DNA from: Fibrobacter sp. UBA4373
Lineage (GTDB): Bacteria; Fibrobacterota; Fibrobacteria; Fibrobacterales; Fibrobacteraceae
Direction of reading: 5' to 3'
Assembly (NCBI GenBank): GCA_002390045.1
Contig: DGSB01000061.1
Span: forward strand, 5,361-69,360
DNA: 64,000 bases
Both the position numbers and the translations under genes were made by a program. Under the pieces are notes generated by a model. It was given only the letters and a program-made list of their open reading frames with translations, was not told the origin of the DNA and searched no databases. Shown one piece after another: positions 18,962 through 28,529 of the stretch (the stretch's first letter is position 1; every line of letters starts with the position of its first letter).

Positions 18962-19840
18962 ATGGCAAAAAAAGTCGTCTGTTTTCTCCTTGGATCAGGA
19001 CATATGGGCAAGATCCATCTGCAACATCTGGAATCCCAAGGAATCGAGGTGCACTCGTTTGATGGAATCGAAGATTGCCATGCCTTTTTGCGAGAATGCA
19101 AAAATTACACCCAGGATCCGGAAGCCTCGTATTTTACCCTGATCGCGACGCCCGCTTCAACCCATTATGAATACGTCAAATCGGCCTTGGAGCACGGTCT
19201 GGACATTTTTGTAGAAAAGCCTCTCGCCACGTCTCTTGCCGATGCCGAAGAGCTGATCCAATTTGCCAAGGACCATCAAAGGTTGCTGTTCGTCGGTCAT
19301 TGCGAATGCTACAGTAACGCTTTCGAAAAATCCAAGCCTTTCTTCCTCGACATCTGTAAACGTTATCCGCTGGAATCCTTGAGCTTTGTCCGGTACAATT
19401 CCCCGACAGAGCGGTGTCGGGACGTTTCCTCGGTCTGGGACATCGGCGTCCACGATTACGCTCTTTTTTATGAATTGAAACGAATCGCTCCGCTGACCGA
19501 CTGGCGAAGAGTCCAGGTCACCTTTGACGAAGACCGCGATTCGGCATATCCCATTCGTATGATTTACGCGACCTTCCACGGAAAAGACCGGAGCCGTCCC
19601 TTCTGGAGGCTCGATTTAAATCCCAACCATCCGATTACGCTCAAAACCCATAAAAGCTCCATTTACGTTCCGGAAGAAGCCTCGACCGATGCGGTATCTA
19701 ACGAGCAACGAGAATTTCTGCGCCTGTTGAATCTCCCGCAAAATTTGCGAGAAAAAGAAATGATGCAAAATTTGGAAACGGCCCTTTTTGCCGTCCAGAC
19801 CGCAGAGCTTTATTCAACGAGCCCAAACAGCCCAAAATAA
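18962..19840 (+). CDS. Gfo/Idh/MocA-family oxidoreductase
   Basis: GSGHMG, IATPASTH, FVEKP, DIGVHD. Confidence 0.85.
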   Translation: MAKKVVCFLLGSGHMGKIHLQHLESQGIEVHSFDGIEDCHAFLRECKNYTQDPEASYFTLIATPASTHYEYVKSALEHGLDIFVEKPLATSLADAEELIQFAKDHQRLLFVGHCECYSNAFEKSKPFFLDICKRYPLESLSFVRYNSPTERCRDVSSVWDIGVHDYALFYELKRIAPLTDWRRVQVTFDEDRDSAYPIRMIYATFHGKDRSRPFWRLDLNPNHPITLKTHKSSIYVPEEASTDAVSNEQREFLRLLNLPQNLREKEMMQNLETALFAVQTAELYSTSPNSPK

Positions 19841-20628
19841 TACGTCATAAAAAGATCGCCAAAGCGATAGACGATCGGAGCCGCGACCGCAAGGAACGGT
19901 CCAAACGGGATTTCCTTGCTTTCCTCTTTTTTGATCATTCGATACGGCACCATAATCAGAATGCCGAGGAAAGACGCAAGCACAAGCGCCGCAAAGGCAT
20001 GCCCCACACCCATCAGGGCTCCAAAGCCCGCCACGAGCTTCACATCGCCCAATCCCATTGCGTCGCGTTTTAAAATTTTCCCGGCGACAAAACCAATCAG
20101 GTAAAGGCCGCCCCCCGCAAACAGCGCCCCAAGAATACTCGAAAGCGGGGTGATTCCACCCGGAAAAAACGACAAGGCAATGCCAACCACAACTCCGCCA
20201 AGGCTAATCGAGTCGGGAATCAGCTTGAATTCAAAATCGACCGCCGCTACCGGATAGATTCCGAGAAGCAGCCAAAACAGGGCAAAAGAATCCGCCCAAT
20301 GGGACACCGGTTCGGTCAACGAAAACGGATAGTTCGCAAGAAGCAACGCAAATGCGCCTAAAAGCCCGCAAAGGGCCTCCCCTATCGGATACCGGATGCT
20401 TATCGGTTTGTGGCAGCAAGCGCTCTTTCCTCGCAAAAGAAGCCATCCGATAACCGGGAGATTATACCAGATCGGAATCCGCTTTTTACAATGCGGGCAA
20501 AAAGAGGGAGGGCTGATCAGGGAAATCCCGCGAGGCATGCGGTACACGATCACATTGTAAAAACTTCCCACACAGGCGCCCAGCATGGCGAAGAGAATAG
20601 CCACATACCAAAGAGGAATTTCATTCAT
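19810..20628 (-). CDS. pilD: Type IV prepilin peptidase
   Basis: GSFYNVIVYRMP, S-x-CPHC, GLGDVKL, IPFGPFL. Confidence 0.95.
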   Translation of the reverse strand: MNEIPLWYVAILFAMLGACVGSFYNVIVYRMPRGISLISPPSFCPHCKKRIPIWYNLPVIGWLLLRGKSACCHKPISIRYPIGEALCGLLGAFALLLANYPFSLTEPVSHWADSFALFWLLLGIYPVAAVDFEFKLIPDSISLGGVVVGIALSFFPGGITPLSSILGALFAGGGLYLIGFVAGKILKRDAMGLGDVKLVAGFGALMGVGHAFAALVLASFLGILIMVPYRMIKKEESKEIPFGPFLAVAAPIVYRFGDLFMTYYFGLFGLVE

Positions 20629-20703
20629 ATTCTAAAGATAGTTTTGAAATTGTGAATTTTGAATCTACTTTTAGAATATAAATAGACCCTACGGTATTAT
20701 TGT

Positions 20704-23700
20704 ATGAAAAAATATCTCTTTCTTGTTACCTTATTTTTCTTGTTTTTGACAAACTGTACCCGTGAAGACGACATCCGCGTCAACGGAACACTCCGCAACA
20801 ACCACTCGGTGCTGTTCGCCTTCACAGAACGTCCCGATAGTCTCGCCGCGTTCGTCGACTCCATTGCAGCCCTCGATTCCGTGTACACTTACGACACTCT
20901 CACCGTAACCGTGCACGACAGCGTCTACTTCGTGGGGTTCTTAAAGTACAACTCCAAGAAGGTGATCCGCTACGCATGGAAAATGGGCGACAAGGACACC
21001 CTTTTTAACGGGAAGAACGAAGAGCTGTTCGTATACCGTTACGACTCCGCGGCAACATATTCCCCGCTCTTCATTGCCGTCGACGGAGCAAACGCGCGTG
21101 ATACAGCCGGTCGCGGTCAGTACATTCGCGTCATCAACACGCCTCCGGATATTTCTGTTGAAGCAGACACCCTTTGGACACGAGGCGAAAAAGACGCCCA
21201 GGTTTCTTTCTTCGCTTCGGATTCCTTCGGAAGAATCGACAGTGCTTTTGTCATTCCTCTGAACTCCAAGAAAAAAGCAATCGACACATTAAAAGCCAAA
21301 CCGGGTGAAATCGACAGTCTTTACACCGCAACCGTCAAGTACAAAGCGGTCAAGGAATATTTGAATTCCCAGAATGAACTTCTCTACATATACGGCGCTA
21401 TCGATGAAGACGGCAACGTATCCAAGGACACAGCGGTCCTGCACTTTAACAAGATCCCGACCGTATCCCTTTTGCAGCCGGACTCCGCAAGCCGTCAAAA
21501 TATTTTTGTGTCCCGCTTTGCCTTTTACTATTCGGGAAGCGACGAAGACAATCCGGCGGACTTGCGTTACACGATCCGAGTCGGCAAAAGCCCGGACAAC
21601 GCCGGAACGGCGCCCGTGCTGACCGATGCCAATCTCGTTGCAACCAACATCCGAGAAAAAAGCTGGGAAGCGATTACCGATTCCGTCTGGAACATGGACG
21701 AAACATTACGCGGACGCCTTTACTGGCAAGTTTCCGTCACCGACGGCTATGACACCGCAACATCACCGACATGGAACTTCTTCTTTGGTGACTTGAGCGC
21801 TACCACAGGAACGATTCACGGTTACGCAAAGTTCCAAGGTCGCACGGCCCACAACGGAATTCAAGTGGTGATGGAAAACAGGGAAACCGGGAATTACACC
21901 TTCACCCACACAAGCGAAAAGGGATACTTTAGCGCAAACGTCGATCCGGGCATTTATCGAATTTACGCCCGCGACACGACAGGCTTTGGCTACAAGTACT
22001 TGATTCTCGACAGCCAATACGTAGAAATGGGCGACGAACGCCTCGTCGCCACCATGCTTCTCGAAGACTCCATCGCTCCTAAAATCCGCATTGACAAATA
22101 CGATTCCATTGTCACTAGCCGAAGCGTCACATTCGCCGGATCCCTTTCGGATTCCGGTGCGCAAATCGCAAGCGCAAAGGCTTGGCTCGACGGTTCCGAA
22201 ACTTCGCTTTCCGTTTTGAAAGTAAACGAATGGAACATGACCTTTAAGGATTTGACCGATGGGAACCACCAGTTCAAGTTTGTCGTTCTCGACAGCGCCA
22301 AGAACGTTTCTGATACAGCAAAGATTGCATTTAAGGTCAAAGCCTCGTCCCTGAATTTAACCGTGAACGGAAAGGCCACGTCGATGGTCACCTCGGACGA
22401 ATCGTTTGAATTCATCGCCGAAGCCAAAAACGTTCGCCCGATTCCCGATTCCATCTACTGGACCACAAGCATCGGTGGCAAGACTTACAAGATCAAAGCT
22501 TCTGCAGTCGGAAAGGATAGCACCGCCAAGACCACATTGACTGCCGCCGATTTTGCATCGAACGGAGCCGTTGCCGGCACGCTTTACACAATGATCGCTT
22601 CCACAGCCAACGGAACCATTTCCGACAGTGTCCGCTTCGGCATTCGCAGCGACAACCCGATTATTTACTTCTTGACTCCAGGTCGCGATACCTCTGTGAC
22701 CCTGAACGATCCGCTGAACTTTAGCATTGAACACTTCCTCGGTGCAACGGCCACTTCGGGGACCATCACATGGACATGCCCGAACACCCTTTCCGATGGC
22801 TACAGCTGCCCGGCAGACAATGCGGAATCCGGAAACCTCGCCTGGAAGACGCTGGGGACTAAAAAGATTTACGTCAACTTAAAGGATTCCGACGGAAAAA
22901 CTTCCAAGGATTCCATCGTAGTTCAAATCATTTCCGACGTTCCGACGGTAAGCATCAAGGCTTCCGCCGATACCATCCGCCAAAAGATCAACGCTTCGCT
23001 TTCTTACAGCGTGACCGCTTCCGATAAATATGGAACCGTCAATGCCGTCGAATGGGGATGCGGAACGGACGCTTCTAAAATTTCTTTCGGTTCTTCCGCA
23101 TCGATTTCTGCGGCAAAGAGCGTGAGTGCAACCTTTAGCGTTACGCTCCCCAGTTCCGAAACGAATGCTTACAAATGCATTGTCCGCGCCACCGATGATG
23201 ATGGCGAATATGGTTATGACACGCTTTACTTTAGGGCTGTCAAAGATGCGCCATCCATTACGCTCTACACGACTTCTGCCGAAGTGAAGATCAACGCGAA
23301 GGTGCGTTTTGCAGGCGCCGCCGTCGATACCCTCGGCAAAATTGAATCTTATGCCATGTATTGCGGAAAGAGCCTGAGCAATCCCAGTTGGACTTCTATT
23401 TCCAAAGCCGACACGACGATTACCATGCCCGGTTCCGCATGCACGTGGTACTGCATGATGCGCGTCACCGACGATGATGATTTGACAGCAACGGATACAG
23501 CCGTCTATACAGTCCTCCTTGACCTGCCAACGGTCATGGCCAGCGAAGACACGATGACCGTTTCCATCAAGGATACGCTCGGGCTCGACGCCATCGCAAA
23601 CGACAAACTGGGGCAAATTGTGCTGTACCAGTGGAGCTGCGGCAACAAGGGCGTCGCAGGGAACAGCTTCGTTTCATCGACTTCGACTCCGCGTTATGCC

Positions 23701-26007
23701 GCGATCATGCCGACTGTCGCCACAGACAATTACCTCTGCATTATCCGCGTTACCGATGATGATGGAAATACCGCTCAAGATACGACCAAGATCACGGTCC
23801 TTCTCGATGCTCCGACAATCAAGGTTTCTACCGAATCCATTACAACACGTATAAACTACCCGATCGAAATCAACGCAACCGCTTCCGACAAAATGGGCTA
23901 CATCGCCAAGCGCGAGTGGAGTTGCGGAAATCCTTCGGAAATCAGCAGCAACTGGAAAACCGTTTCGGATTACGATACCACTTGGACAGGTCCTTCGACA
24001 CCTTATGCAACCTATTACTGCGTTGCGCGTGCAACGGACGACGACGGAAACCAGGTTCAAGACACAACGGTCATTCACTTTACCACCGACATTCCGGTCA
24101 TTACCGTGGACCAGGATCTGGTTTACATTATTGCCGGAACAAATACCGATTTGACAGCCCACGTAAACAGCGCATGGCAAGGCGTCAAGCGTTATACATG
24201 GACCTGTGGCACTAAGGGATCTTCCGATTTGAGCGATACCACATCTGCCAAGGATCACCATGTCTGGTGGGGCTTCAACAATTCGACCGATTACAAGACC
24301 TCCGATTATTACTTCTGGGACGATAACGACGCGAACGGGACCAAGGACAGCGTCATTGCCAAGCTTTCCAAGGCACACAGCGAATTCCTCTGCATCGTCT
24401 GGGCTCAAGAATCCGGCTCCAACTTTGTAGCGACCGACACGACGACGATTCGTACCATGACATCGCTCCCGGTCGGCGTTATCAGCATGCCCGATACGGT
24501 TTACCTCTGGAGTACAGATTCTTCCGTTCTTTCGAACAAGTCCATTTACTGGTACACGCCGGATGCAAACGGAAGTTCTTCAAAACTCGGAACCTTGGGC
24601 GATGAAGACGCTCAACAATTCTGGTGGAACTTCTCTAATGTGAGCGACAAATACTGGTACCAAGGAAAATCCGACGGATCTTTGGACACGAGCATTGCAG
24701 AATTCAACGCCGCGTTCATCCGTCAATCCATGGAAGGTTCCATCACGATCAAGCTGGACTACTTCGATTCTTCCAAGGCTCTAATGGACCAGAACTTTAC
24801 CGCCCGCCATGAAGCCGAAGTCGTTTCCAAAAAGGTCCACTTCAAAAAGGCCTGGCACAACATTTCCGGAGGCACAAACGATACCATCGTCGAAACCTCT
24901 ACCAATGCGAACGGTCCAGCGATCGCTTACTGCAACGACCGTCTGATTTTGGCCTATGTCAACGAAAGCGGTGCTCTCGTGACCAAATACCGGAACTCCT
25001 CGAAATGGACCTCTTTCGGAAACCCGAGCATTTCTGGAATTTCTGAACAAACGCTTTACATGGCCTGCGACGGAAACAACAATCTGTATCTGTCTTACAT
25101 CAGCACATCCGATGGAAAGGGCCACGTTTACAAATCCACAAGTTCGACAGGAACCTGGACAGAACTGGGCAGCGGAATCGGCAACGCTCTGACCGATTTG
25201 AAGTTGAAGATCAATCCCAAAACGAACAACCCTTCTGTCGCCTGGATCGGCACGGTCAATTCCGCTTCGAACTTTGCCCGCGTCCAAGACTACTCCGGCT
25301 CGGCATGGGGCAGCGCATTCAGCCCTATCTACAGCAGCAATTGGCAGAACCGCGAAATCGACATGGCCTTTGACGAAAGCGGTAACCGTCTTGTTATCGC
25401 CAGCGGCTATGGGTCCGGCGATTACAAGATCTATTACTACTACATTCCAAATGGCCAGACATCAACGTCGAACAATAACAACAACCGCATCAGCATCAAC
25501 GGAGAATCGATCCAGATCTTCTATGCCGACGGCTACTTCTACGTTGGTTTCCGCAGCCGTGACGATGACGGTTTACCCCGCTTAGCCCGCGCCAAGGCTT
25601 CTAGCTCACTCGCGACAACTTACGAAGGATTCACCACGACAGGCGCAGAATTTCTCGCATTCGGTCACCGCAGCTACAACGCCTACTTTACCGTCGACAA
25701 AAACAACAATCCGATTCTCGCCATCGACGACGCTTACTACGCAAGGAATTCCCATGTCCACGTGTATCGCTTTATGGACGGCGCATGGGGAGAACTGGGC
25801 GAAAACGAACTTCCCTACTTTAAGAATGTCTACGCCAAGGAACACGGTTACTACGTGCGCGGATTCCGCCCGCAATTGACCGTATCGCCTAGCGGCCAGA
25901 TTTACATTTCGATGCGTTCTCAAGAAGCCGCTTCGAGCGCCGCTTCGAGCCTCCCGGGCACCAAGAACGGACCGATTGTCATGGAATATCTGGGAGACAA
26001 CTGGTAA
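20704..26007 (+). CDS. Giant (1767 aa) surface lipoprotein with tandem Ig/PKD-like repeats and a putative C-terminal beta-propeller
   Basis: Lipobox LTNC; recurring W-x-C...C-xx-R-x-TDDDG-xx-A-x-DT units; Ser/Thr/Asp-rich. Confidence 0.8.
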   Translation: MKKYLFLVTLFFLFLTNCTREDDIRVNGTLRNNHSVLFAFTERPDSLAAFVDSIAALDSVYTYDTLTVTVHDSVYFVGFLKYNSKKVIRYAWKMGDKDTLFNGKNEELFVYRYDSAATYSPLFIAVDGANARDTAGRGQYIRVINTPPDISVEADTLWTRGEKDAQVSFFASDSFGRIDSAFVIPLNSKKKAIDTLKAKPGEIDSLYTATVKYKAVKEYLNSQNELLYIYGAIDEDGNVSKDTAVLHFNKIPTVSLLQPDSASRQNIFVSRFAFYYSGSDEDNPADLRYTIRVGKSPDNAGTAPVLTDANLVATNIREKSWEAITDSVWNMDETLRGRLYWQVSVTDGYDTATSPTWNFFFGDLSATTGTIHGYAKFQGRTAHNGIQVVMENRETGNYTFTHTSEKGYFSANVDPGIYRIYARDTTGFGYKYLILDSQYVEMGDERLVATMLLEDSIAPKIRIDKYDSIVTSRSVTFAGSLSDSGAQIASAKAWLDGSETSLSVLKVNEWNMTFKDLTDGNHQFKFVVLDSAKNVSDTAKIAFKVKASSLNLTVNGKATSMVTSDESFEFIAEAKNVRPIPDSIYWTTSIGGKTYKIKASAVGKDSTAKTTLTAADFASNGAVAGTLYTMIASTANGTISDSVRFGIRSDNPIIYFLTPGRDTSVTLNDPLNFSIEHFLGATATSGTITWTCPNTLSDGYSCPADNAESGNLAWKTLGTKKIYVNLKDSDGKTSKDSIVVQIISDVPTVSIKASADTIRQKINASLSYSVTASDKYGTVNAVEWGCGTDASKISFGSSASISAAKSVSATFSVTLPSSETNAYKCIVRATDDDGEYGYDTLYFRAVKDAPSITLYTTSAEVKINAKVRFAGAAVDTLGKIESYAMYCGKSLSNPSWTSISKADTTITMPGSACTWYCMMRVTDDDDLTATDTAVYTVLLDLPTVMASEDTMTVSIKDTLGLDAIANDKLGQIVLYQWSCGNKGVAGNSFVSSTSTPRYAAIMPTVATDNYLCIIRVTDDDGNTAQDTTKITVLLDAPTIKVSTESITTRINYPIEINATASDKMGYIAKREWSCGNPSEISSNWKTVSDYDTTWTGPSTPYATYYCVARATDDDGNQVQDTTVIHFTTDIPVITVDQDLVYIIAGTNTDLTAHVNSAWQGVKRYTWTCGTKGSSDLSDTTSAKDHHVWWGFNNSTDYKTSDYYFWDDNDANGTKDSVIAKLSKAHSEFLCIVWAQESGSNFVATDTTTIRTMTSLPVGVISMPDTVYLWSTDSSVLSNKSIYWYTPDANGSSSKLGTLGDEDAQQFWWNFSNVSDKYWYQGKSDGSLDTSIAEFNAAFIRQSMEGSITIKLDYFDSSKALMDQNFTARHEAEVVSKKVHFKKAWHNISGGTNDTIVETSTNANGPAIAYCNDRLILAYVNESGALVTKYRNSSKWTSFGNPSISGISEQTLYMACDGNNNLYLSYISTSDGKGHVYKSTSSTGTWTELGSGIGNALTDLKLKINPKTNNPSVAWIGTVNSASNFARVQDYSGSAWGSAFSPIYSSNWQNREIDMAFDESGNRLVIASGYGSGDYKIYYYYIPNGQTSTSNNNNNRISINGESIQIFYADGYFYVGFRSRDDDGLPRLARAKASSSLATTYEGFTTTGAEFLAFGHRSYNAYFTVDKNNNPILAIDDAYYARNSHVHVYRFMDGAWGELGENELPYFKNVYAKEHGYYVRGFRPQLTVSPSGQIYISMRSQEAASSAASSLPGTKNGPIVMEYLGDNW

Positions 26008-26432
26008 TGAAGATCGAAGTTGCAGCGATTTGTGACGCAGCTACCGACCAAAGCGGAAAGCTCAATATGCTCGGAGTCTTTGACTACATCGAAGCCGAGC
26101 TTCCTATTGTGATTCCGCGATGCACGGCCGTTTTCCGAATCCGTTATACACGATCCGAAGCGACAGCGCACGACATGAAAGTGACAATCGTGAATCAATT
26201 CGACAACACCGATTTGATTCCGCCGATTATCACCACGGTTCATTTTTTGCCGGTGCCCGAAAATATGGATTCCGCAGCCGTCAACCTGATTATGAATATC
26301 AACCGGATGCGGATTTCCCAAGGCGGAAAATATTTACTTCGACTGAGAGTCGACGAAGTCCTTCTGGAAAGCGCTCTCCCGATTTATGTCCATGATTTGA
26401 CTCCCAAAGAGCCAAACCCTCTAGCCAGTTAA
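26007..26432 (+). CDS. Small beta-sandwich hypothetical protein (DUF6941-like)
   Basis: AICDAATDQSGKLNMLGVFD..GKYLLRL; TAATG overlap with the upstream stop. Confidence 0.65.
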   Translation: MKIEVAAICDAATDQSGKLNMLGVFDYIEAELPIVIPRCTAVFRIRYTRSEATAHDMKVTIVNQFDNTDLIPPIITTVHFLPVPENMDSAAVNLIMNINRMRISQGGKYLLRLRVDEVLLESALPIYVHDLTPKEPNPLAS

Positions 26433-26435
26433 GCC

Positions 26436-26467
26436 AAAAAGGCCCGCATGGAATGCGGGCTTTTTTT
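26436..26467. terminator. Bidirectional intrinsic terminator
   Basis: AAAAAGGCCCGCAT-gga-ATGCGGGCTTTTTT. Confidence 0.85.
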
Positions 26468-27008
26468 ATGCAAGCGGGGCGACAGCGATTGTCGCCGCAA
26501 ACGGATTTTCGAGCGGTAGCTGAATATCCGTCAAAATCGCGCCATCCACCCGATCTTCTAAGACATTTTTCGAAAGGATCCCTCCGAGGAAAGACCCGCC
26601 GATACATTTGAACAGCGCTTCTTTACGGCACCAGATGCGGTAAAACTGCATCAAGGCATCTTCCGGGGTCAAATGACTGCGGAACAAAAGATCCGTTTCT
26701 TCTTTAGCAAAAAAACGTTCCGCGATGCGTAAGGCTCGAGGCCGTAATTTTTCAATATCCACTCCCACTTTGGCTGTAAAAGAATAGGCGAGAACGCAGA
26801 CATCTTTACTGTGAGTCCAGTTGGCATCAAAACCGCATGCAGGAAATTCGGGGCGTCCTTCCGGAGTGCGCCTCATATCCACCCGGGAAAGCTCCATTCC
26901 CGAGGCGGTCGAAAGAATAGAAAGAATTGTATCCAAATGGTCTTTAACCGGTAATACACACCAGAATACCGAACCGAGCGAAGTTTTTAATTCATATTGC
27001 TTAATCAT
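26466..27008 (-). CDS. 4'-phosphopantetheinyl transferase (Sfp-like, short)
   Basis: GRP, NWTHS, VGVDIE, WCRKEALFKCIG. Confidence 0.9.
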   Translation of the reverse strand: MIKQYELKTSLGSVFWCVLPVKDHLDTILSILSTASGMELSRVDMRRTPEGRPEFPACGFDANWTHSKDVCVLAYSFTAKVGVDIEKLRPRALRIAERFFAKEETDLLFRSHLTPEDALMQFYRIWCRKEALFKCIGGSFLGGILSKNVLEDRVDGAILTDIQLPLENPFAATIAVAPLA

Positions 27009-27059
27009 CTTCTCTAATATAATTAAGCGGATGAAAAAAGGATTTTCTATTTTAAATCT

Positions 27060-27551
27060 ATGAGATTCCGCCTTCGCACATTACTTGTTGGAATATTCCT
27101 CGGTGTAGTTTCCTGCAGCGACATCAACAGCGGTTGGTCTGTGACCGGTGGCGGCTACATGAATTTTAAAATCAACGGTTCCGAGGATCTGGATCTGGAC
27201 ATTGATCCGGACGATGGAGACGTCAAGCTCCGATCCAACAAGCACTACGTCACTTTCCTCGGGAAGAACAGCGACGGCGATGCGCTACAGATCATGGTCA
27301 ACAAACCTGTCCTCGGGGAAAACGCCCCCGTAACATCCTCGGGATATACCTATCTTGTCCTAGGGAACAGCGTTCCCGCACACATCATCTCTGCGGAATC
27401 CAGTTCCGTCAAATTCGACCGCAAAGATTCTATCCTCTGGAGCGCCGACGTCAGGCTCGTATTCAATCACTGCTACGGCGACGAATGCGATAACAACCGA
27501 GTCGTCGTCACCGGTCGAATGTACTACTGGGTAGACCCCGACGACCGTTAA
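27060..27551 (+). CDS. Hypothetical lipoprotein
   Basis: Lipobox VVSC; beta-rich mature region. Confidence 0.75.
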   Translation: MRFRLRTLLVGIFLGVVSCSDINSGWSVTGGGYMNFKINGSEDLDLDIDPDDGDVKLRSNKHYVTFLGKNSDGDALQIMVNKPVLGENAPVTSSGYTYLVLGNSVPAHIISAESSSVKFDRKDSILWSADVRLVFNHCYGDECDNNRVVVTGRMYYWVDPDDR

Positions 27552-27630
27552 GCGAACTAGCGTTTTTCTAAAAAGAATCCTATAGCTCACCCAGTCAAAC
27601 TGCGTTTGGAACGGAATCGTCGGAACCTCA

Positions 27631-28082
27631 AAGCCCCATACCCCCGCACGCGGAGCGAACGAAGTGAGCAAGCCCCCGCAACCCCGCACGCGGAGCGAAC
27701 GGAGTGAGCAAGCCCAAGCAGCCCCGCACGCGGAGCGAACGAAGTGAGCTAGCCCACGCAACCCAGCACGCGGAGCGAACGAAGTGAGCTAGCCCACGCA
27801 ACCCCACACGCGGAGCGAACGGAGTGAGCAAGCCCAAGCAGCCCCGCACGCGGAGCGAACGGAGTGAGCAAGCCCCACACAGCCCCGCACGCGGAGCGAA
27901 CGGAGTGAGCAAGCCCCCACAGCCCCGCACGCGGAGCGAACGAAGTGAGCAAGCCCAAGCAGCCCCGCACGCGGAGCGAACGAAGTGAGCTAGCCCACGC
28001 AACCCAGCACGCGGAGCGAACGAAGTGAGCTAGCCCACGCACCCCCACACGCGGAGCGAACGGAGTGAGCAAGCCCCCGCAA
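27631..28082. repeat. Tandem array of 11 x 40-bp units (one unit 41 bp)
   Basis: Core CACGCGGAGCGAACG(A/G)AGTGAGC(A/T)AGCCC with variable 10-11 nt C/A-rich linkers; units counted by eye. Confidence 0.97.
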
Positions 28083-28122
28083 AAGGCACACAAGCAAAAC
28101 TCGCAGAGTATAGCGTGGCCAC

Positions 28123-28190
28123 GGGGGTGGATGCAAGGAAGGGGGCCCTCGGCCTTCGCAACTCTGAGCGGGCCCCCTACCTTGCCCCCC
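28123..28190. repeat. Long GC-rich imperfect palindrome (REP-like)
   Basis: GGGGG..GCAAGG-A-AGGGGGCCC...GGGCCCCCT-A-CCTTGC-CCCCC. Confidence 0.7.
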
Positions 28191-28279
28191 GCCGGGCAGG
28201 CGAGCCGTCCGTTCCACGGTAAAGCCTCCATGCCAATGGAAAGAACCTCCTCGCCAGTGGAAAAAATCTTCAAAACCCC

Positions 28280-28308
28280 TTGACACTCCTACATAATCTT
28301 TTTAATAT
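28280..28308 (+). promoter_or_regulatory. Sigma70-type promoter of tRNA-Val
   Basis: TTGACA-17 bp-TAATAT, 13 nt before the tRNA. Confidence 0.8.
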
Positions 28309-28321
28309 TGGGCTACCCCAC

Positions 28322-28395
<74 letters not shown>

Positions 28396-28396
28396 C

Positions 28397-28430
28397 GAAA
28401 ACTCCGCTTTATAGTGGAGTTTTTCTTTTT
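28397..28430 (+). terminator. Terminator after tRNA-Val
   Basis: AAAACTCCGCT-ttat-AGTGGAGTTTTT followed by a T tract. Confidence 0.75.
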
Positions 28431-28481
28431 TAAAGCAATTTTCGGCAAAATCCCATTCCCCACATTCCCAACCTTTAAAAC

Positions 28482-28513
28482 AAAAAATCCCAGCCTTTCG
28501 ACCGGGATTTTTT
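28482..28513 (-). terminator. Terminator of the DASS transporter gene
   Basis: AAAAAATCCCAG...CCGGGATTTTTT. Confidence 0.7.
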
Positions 28514-28529
28514 GAATTCCAAACCTGGA

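Noticed and set aside
26466-27008. NRPS/PKS cluster implied by the Sfp-like PPTase
   Set aside because: No carrier protein or synthase genes in the window
27631-28082. CRISPR or TIGR-like guide array
   Set aside because: Linkers are only 10-11 nt, similar to each other and re-used; no cas or tas-like gene in the window
27360-28286. ORFs across the 40-bp array
   Set aside because: Open frames arise from the stop-free repeat in several frames; no RBS or protein-like composition
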